Source: Candidatus Sigynarchaeum calidifontis (GTDB taxonomy: Archaea; Asgardarchaeota; Lokiarchaeia; Sigyniarchaeales; Sigyniarchaeaceae). Taken from it: a DNA stretch of 37,528 nucleotides. Below, piece after piece: positions 34,064-37,528 of this stretch; the first letter of the stretch is position 1; each line of letters opens with the position of its first letter. Under the pieces are notes generated by a model. That model searched no databases. It was given only the letters and a program-made list of their open reading frames with translations, and had not been told where the DNA came from. The DNA is taken from positions 1-37,528 of the forward strand of contig JAUQYZ020000176.1 in NCBI GenBank assembly GCA_030587475.2. The letters are read 5' to 3'. The position numbers and the translations under genes were made by a program.

Positions 34064-36240
34064 GCCGTCCGTTTGCCAAGACGGGTCATCACAAGCCAGG
34101 AAATGCCATGGGCCGGGAGGCTAACAGTAATGGTGAGAAACTGGCGTGCATCGAGCGTGAATGGCCTCGCGGGCTCGTCCATTTCCGAGACCAGGATGTT
34201 GCCGGCCAGCCCGGCATAGTATAGCGGGACACGTATCGTCTCGGTCATGGATTCCCGGGACGGGTTAAAAAATGCGGCGAATGCTGCTTCTTCAAGACGC
34301 GGGTTCACGTGAACAAAGCCGTCGACATGGCGGCCATCCGGGCGCCTCAAGTGGATGATGTCCGATTCGAGGATTGCCCGGTGCTTCTTGAAGAGGGCCA
34401 CCCACTTCCGCACGGCCTCGAGGGTGCGGGGCGTGTCGTAGAGGCGGGTGCCCCGGTAGCAAGACTGCACCCCCGCAAGGAAGTTTTGGGCGAGGTGCGC
34501 CTCGTAAAGGTCGAGGTGCTCGTCGAGCGGCTCGATCGTCGATTCCTTCCAGTGCTCGCCGAACGCGTGGTACACGGTCAAGGGCGTGAACATCCAGCCC
34601 ATGCTCGGTGTTTTCTCCCACGTGCCGTCGAAGATGTTCTGCCGGCCGATGATGACCTGCCGCTCCCGGGGCAGCGACCAGTTGACCTCCTTGTAACCCA
34701 TGCCGGTCTTGTTCCCGCCGGAAAGGAAATACCAGTCCGGCTGGTTGACGTAGATGCCCCTGGCCTTGCACCACTTGTACAGACCCGCCTGTGCTTCCCA
34801 CTGGCGCCATTGGGAGTCGACGAGGCTCTCGTGGCCGGGATGGGACGTGGACGCGCACCAGTCGCCCGGGTATGGCCCATCGTGCTCGAGAAAGTCAGCA
34901 CCCGTTTCCTCGAAGAACCGCTTGATCGCGGCGATGTAGCCGATCCCCCATTTCGATTGCAAGCAAGGAGCCTTGCCGAAGGCCGGCGGCTTGCCGGGCG
35001 GGGACACCACGTCATCCCCTGGTGAAATGCTCCTGCTGGAAAAGAGCGAGTAGATGCCGATCTCGATGCCCCTGGCGTGCGCGTAGTCGACGATCTCCTT
35101 GTACTCGGCAATGAACTCGGGCTCGTCGACCCAGCGCTCGAGCTCGGGGAAGCCGCTGCCGAAGGACAAGATGACCATCTCGAAGCCGGCCGCGACACAT
35201 TGATCGATGACTTGCTTGACCTTTGCTGGTTCCGCGGTCGTGCAATGCATGAAAATCGGGTTCTCGGTCACCCACGGCGCGATGGTGCGGTACATGCGGC
35301 GCTGCGCGAGCCCGCGGCGCTCGCGATCCGTGCTGTCATGGACGAGAATCCACGTGCGGAAGGTCTCGAACGAGTTGCCCGGCTCGATGTCGATGCCGGG
35401 GCCGGCGGGCGGGGCGCTCTCGAGCTGGACTGGGTTGTCGGACAGGTAGGCGACTTGCGACGTGTACTGCGGGTCCTTCACCCACCGCGTCGTCACGTCG
35501 CAAGCGGCGGGGGACATGGCCGCGAAGATGTAGTCGCTCTCGACGTGGACGGGGGGGAGGGCGGTGGCAGTTACCTTGGAAGCGTTGCCTTGCGGGGTGC
35601 TCGTGGTCTCGACCATGGCGAGGATCTCGCTCGTGAACGTGTCGACTTTCACGGGTTTGGACGTGTCGTTCTTGATCTCCAGCCACTTGCACAGCAAGGG
35701 GATGCCGTCGTAGAGCTCGTGGTGGACGATCACGTCGATCCCGGGTAGTTGGGCAGACCGGTAGGTGAACGAGATCTCCACGCCAGCCGGCGGCCAGGTG
35801 TCGTTACCCACGTGGCGTACTTTCTTCCAGGGGAAACGCTGCCGGATCTTGCCAGTAGCAATGTCGGCGAGCTGGAAGGCCAAGGGATCCGTGCGCATCT
35901 CGTCGAGCCATTCAGGGAGCAAATAGGCATATTCGACTTGACCTATCAAGCCCCCTATCACGTGTTCCTTGCCATCGATCGTGATGCGGGCCTCGGGCTT
36001 CACGCCGCGCAACAAGGATTCTCCGCTCATCTCGTTGACAAGGTCAACAGTCGCGCCGTTCGGCATGATCCGAAAGACCCTGGACACGAGACCGTTCGTG
36101 ATGACGAGCTCGCCGTCCTTTTTACGACGAGCCACGACCGCGGGGCGGGGAACTCGATCCACGAGCCAGTCGCCGCCCGCTGGCATAGTTCCGATGGCCA
36201 TCAACGGGAACGTGGCGAGTTTTTCCGAGAGATGATCCAT
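34060..36240 (-). CDS. Alpha-galactosidase-like glycoside hydrolase (clan GH-D, GH36-like)
   Basis: N-terminal beta domain (ITNGLVSRVF, HELYDGIPLLCKWLEIKN), barrel with IDQCVAAGFEMVILSFGSG, YAHARGIEIGIY, PCLQSKWG, FLEHDGPYPGD. Resembles bacterial proteins annotated as alpha-galactosidase; no signal peptide. Confidence 0.72.
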   Translation of the reverse strand: MDHLSEKLATFPLMAIGTMPAGGDWLVDRVPRPAVVARRKKDGELVITNGLVSRVFRIMPNGATVDLVNEMSGESLLRGVKPEARITIDGKEHVIGGLIGQVEYAYLLPEWLDEMRTDPLAFQLADIATGKIRQRFPWKKVRHVGNDTWPPAGVEISFTYRSAQLPGIDVIVHHELYDGIPLLCKWLEIKNDTSKPVKVDTFTSEILAMVETTSTPQGNASKVTATALPPVHVESDYIFAAMSPAACDVTTRWVKDPQYTSQVAYLSDNPVQLESAPPAGPGIDIEPGNSFETFRTWILVHDSTDRERRGLAQRRMYRTIAPWVTENPIFMHCTTAEPAKVKQVIDQCVAAGFEMVILSFGSGFPELERWVDEPEFIAEYKEIVDYAHARGIEIGIYSLFSSRSISPGDDVVSPPGKPPAFGKAPCLQSKWGIGYIAAIKRFFEETGADFLEHDGPYPGDWCASTSHPGHESLVDSQWRQWEAQAGLYKWCKARGIYVNQPDWYFLSGGNKTGMGYKEVNWSLPRERQVIIGRQNIFDGTWEKTPSMGWMFTPLTVYHAFGEHWKESTIEPLDEHLDLYEAHLAQNFLAGVQSCYRGTRLYDTPRTLEAVRKWVALFKKHRAILESDIIHLRRPDGRHVDGFVHVNPRLEEAAFAAFFNPSRESMTETIRVPLYYAGLAGNILVSEMDEPARPFTLDARQFLTITVSLPAHGISWLVMTRLGKRTA

Positions 36241-36445
36241 GCACTCATTGATCGCGAAGGTTCATAAAAAAGGTCATGAACACGTCGTTCCACCACGTCC
36301 AAACCGCGACGTGCTGCTCGACTGCACGAACACGATCCGGGTGCTGCGCCAGGGATGCTTGAGTATCGCACATCCGCCACCGGCGCGAGTGCCAAGATAT
36401 CTCGCCGGGACAGGTCGAAGGCGCCGGTCAAGGGCTTCTTTTTCA

Positions 36446-36850
36446 TCATATCTCGAAATGGATGATCCTCGTTTTTTCCTTGACAGATTTCAACCTGCTA
36501 TCGGTCGTGAGCAACACGCAATTCAATTCCGAAGCCAGGGCGAGGGAAATCGAATCAACCGTTGAAAGCGTGTTCGTGTATTTCACCTTCAACTTGCCGG
36601 CATGAACCCCGATAGGTGGCGTGATGTCGTCGATGATCGTGAAATCCGAGTTCAAGATGCGCCAGTACCACGTCTCGGCGGTTTGCGTGCCGAGATCTTC
36701 CAATGTCTTGTAATACAATTCAACCATGTTCACCATGGACGAAAATGCCTTGACCTTGCCCGCTGAAATGGTATCTCTATAAGAACTCAATCGTTCATCG
36801 CCAAGAAGAAAGAGTTTTATCGCACCCGTGTCGAAATACAAGTCATTCAT
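36446..36850 (-). CDS. vapC: PIN-domain toxin VapC
   Basis: YFDTG, NMVELYY, LSTVDSISLALA and LLTTD acidic PIN residues; 8-bp overlap with the antitoxin gene. Confidence 0.9.
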   Translation of the reverse strand: MNDLYFDTGAIKLFLLGDERLSSYRDTISAGKVKAFSSMVNMVELYYKTLEDLGTQTAETWYWRILNSDFTIIDDITPPIGVHAGKLKVKYTNTLSTVDSISLALASELNCVLLTTDSRLKSVKEKTRIIHFEI

Positions 36851-37100
36851 TTTCGACAGACTCCCGGTGTTCCCGATCTAGCTCCCGTATCATGTCGTGC
36901 ACTTCAGTCTCGAGCCCCCTTGCAATTCCAAAGAGATCAGCAGCTTTTGAATATGGCAGCATTATCAACTTCCCCCCCTCATCGATTATTTTCAAATCAC
37001 TCCCTTTTTCGAGGTTATACTTCTTTCTCAGCGAGATGGGGAGCGTTAGCAATCCTTTGCTGGATAAAGTGACATGGTAGGTGTCTTGTTTTTCCATCAT
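36843..37100 (-). CDS. vapB: AbrB/MazE/SpoVT-type antitoxin VapB
   Basis: VTLSSKGLLTLPISLRKKYNLEKGS swapped-hairpin motif and an acidic C-terminus; directly upstream of vapC. Confidence 0.88.
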   Translation of the reverse strand: MMEKQDTYHVTLSSKGLLTLPISLRKKYNLEKGSDLKIIDEGGKLIMLPYSKAADLFGIARGLETEVHDMIRELDREHRESVENE

Positions 37101-37111
37101 CGGTCTTGGAT

Positions 37112-37123
37112 ATTTTCGAAAAT
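37112..37123. promoter_or_regulatory. Perfect 12-bp palindrome, candidate VapBC operator
   Basis: ATTTTCGAAAAT lies 12-23 nt upstream of the vapB start. Confidence 0.45.
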
Positions 37124-37125
37124 TC

Positions 37126-37528
37126 TAGTGCCTTTATCATTTGAAACGGAAATCATTCGATCTTAAATACTCTTTTCGCATCGTCCATCGTGAACGTCCA
37201 CGTGATCGTCGCACGCGCGTCGTTTCGTTCATTCGTCCACGCGGACACTTCCTCGTCTAACACTTGCAGGGATCCAATGCGCTTATCCAAGCATTGAGCC
37301 CCCATGACACCAAGTTCGATTTCTGCCTGGTTTAACCAGCTGCCACGTTTCGGGGTGTAATGAAACACCACTTTCGAGAAGACCGGATGGCTGTGCCCGA
37401 GGTGTTTCCTCAACGCGCCTTCGAGGTGGGTCTTGTAATTGTCCATCACGACGTGCACCTTGACCGCCGCCGGGTATTGCGCCAACGCATGAACGAAAAA
37501 CGAGGCGAAATCAGCCGAAGTTTTTCTT
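37126..37528 (-). mobile_element. IS630-family insertion sequence, downstream end (truncated by the window)
   Basis: The transposase 3' end is followed ~25 nt later by CACTAG; TA at 37126-37127 within CTAG fits the IS630 TA target. The other end is not visible. Confidence 0.7.
37153..37527 (-). CDS. IS630-family DDE transposase, C-terminal part
   Basis: Frame open to the edge: RKTSADFASFFVHALAQYP...VVMDNYKTH...HYTPKRGSWLNQAEIE...WTNERN...ITWTFT. Confidence 0.92.
   Translation of the reverse strand, partial: RKTSADFASFFVHALAQYPAAVKVHVVMDNYKTHLEGALRKHLGHSHPVFSKVVFHYTPKRGSWLNQAEIELGVMGAQCLDKRIGSLQVLDEEVSAWTNERNDARATITWTFTMDDAKRVFKIE

Noticed and set aside
1-37528. CRISPR arrays, rRNA/tRNA genes, integrase or prophage genes
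   Set aside because: No regularly spaced direct repeats, RNA gene signatures, or viral/integrase motifs were seen by eye.

Overview
Gene-dense, moderately GC-rich window that looks archaeal, most likely an Asgard archaeon (Lokiarchaeia/Sigynarchaeota-like). This is an inference from TATA-like boxes, a GGTGA ribosome-binding site, FrhB and TrmJ genes, and several proteins with eukaryote-like domains (PCI, RING/PHD-type Zn fingers, HEAT solenoid, polyproline). Left to right: an edge-truncated coiled-coil/polyproline protein that the ORF track missed; a PfkB kinase; a membrane metal-dependent hydrolase; two tandem paralogous tetraspan proteins; two hypothetical proteins; a GH16 glucanase; a membrane protein; an orphan ABC-2 permease. 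Next comes a minus-strand run: a LolD/MacB-type ATPase with a C-terminal PCI-like domain, two paralogous double-FtsX permeases flanking a 1294-aa surface glycoprotein with a TRAP-beta/BatD-like last domain, and a vWA plus double Zn-finger protein. After that: a 9-TM plus HEAT-repeat protein, trmJ, an FrhB-DUF362 fusion, an M32 carboxypeptidase, an epoxide-hydrolase-like enzyme, a tightly coupled wHTH/Zn-ribbon plus CorA-like two-gene module, a GH36-like glycosidase, a vapBC pair and the end of an IS630 element. I saw no tRNA, rRNA or CRISPR array. Best candidates for undescribed systems: (i) the type VII ABC/PCI/surface-protein/vWA-RING cluster, (ii) the wHTH-Zn plus CorA-like module, (iii) the formin-FH1-like protein. 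All domain calls come from motifs read by eye; no searches were run.
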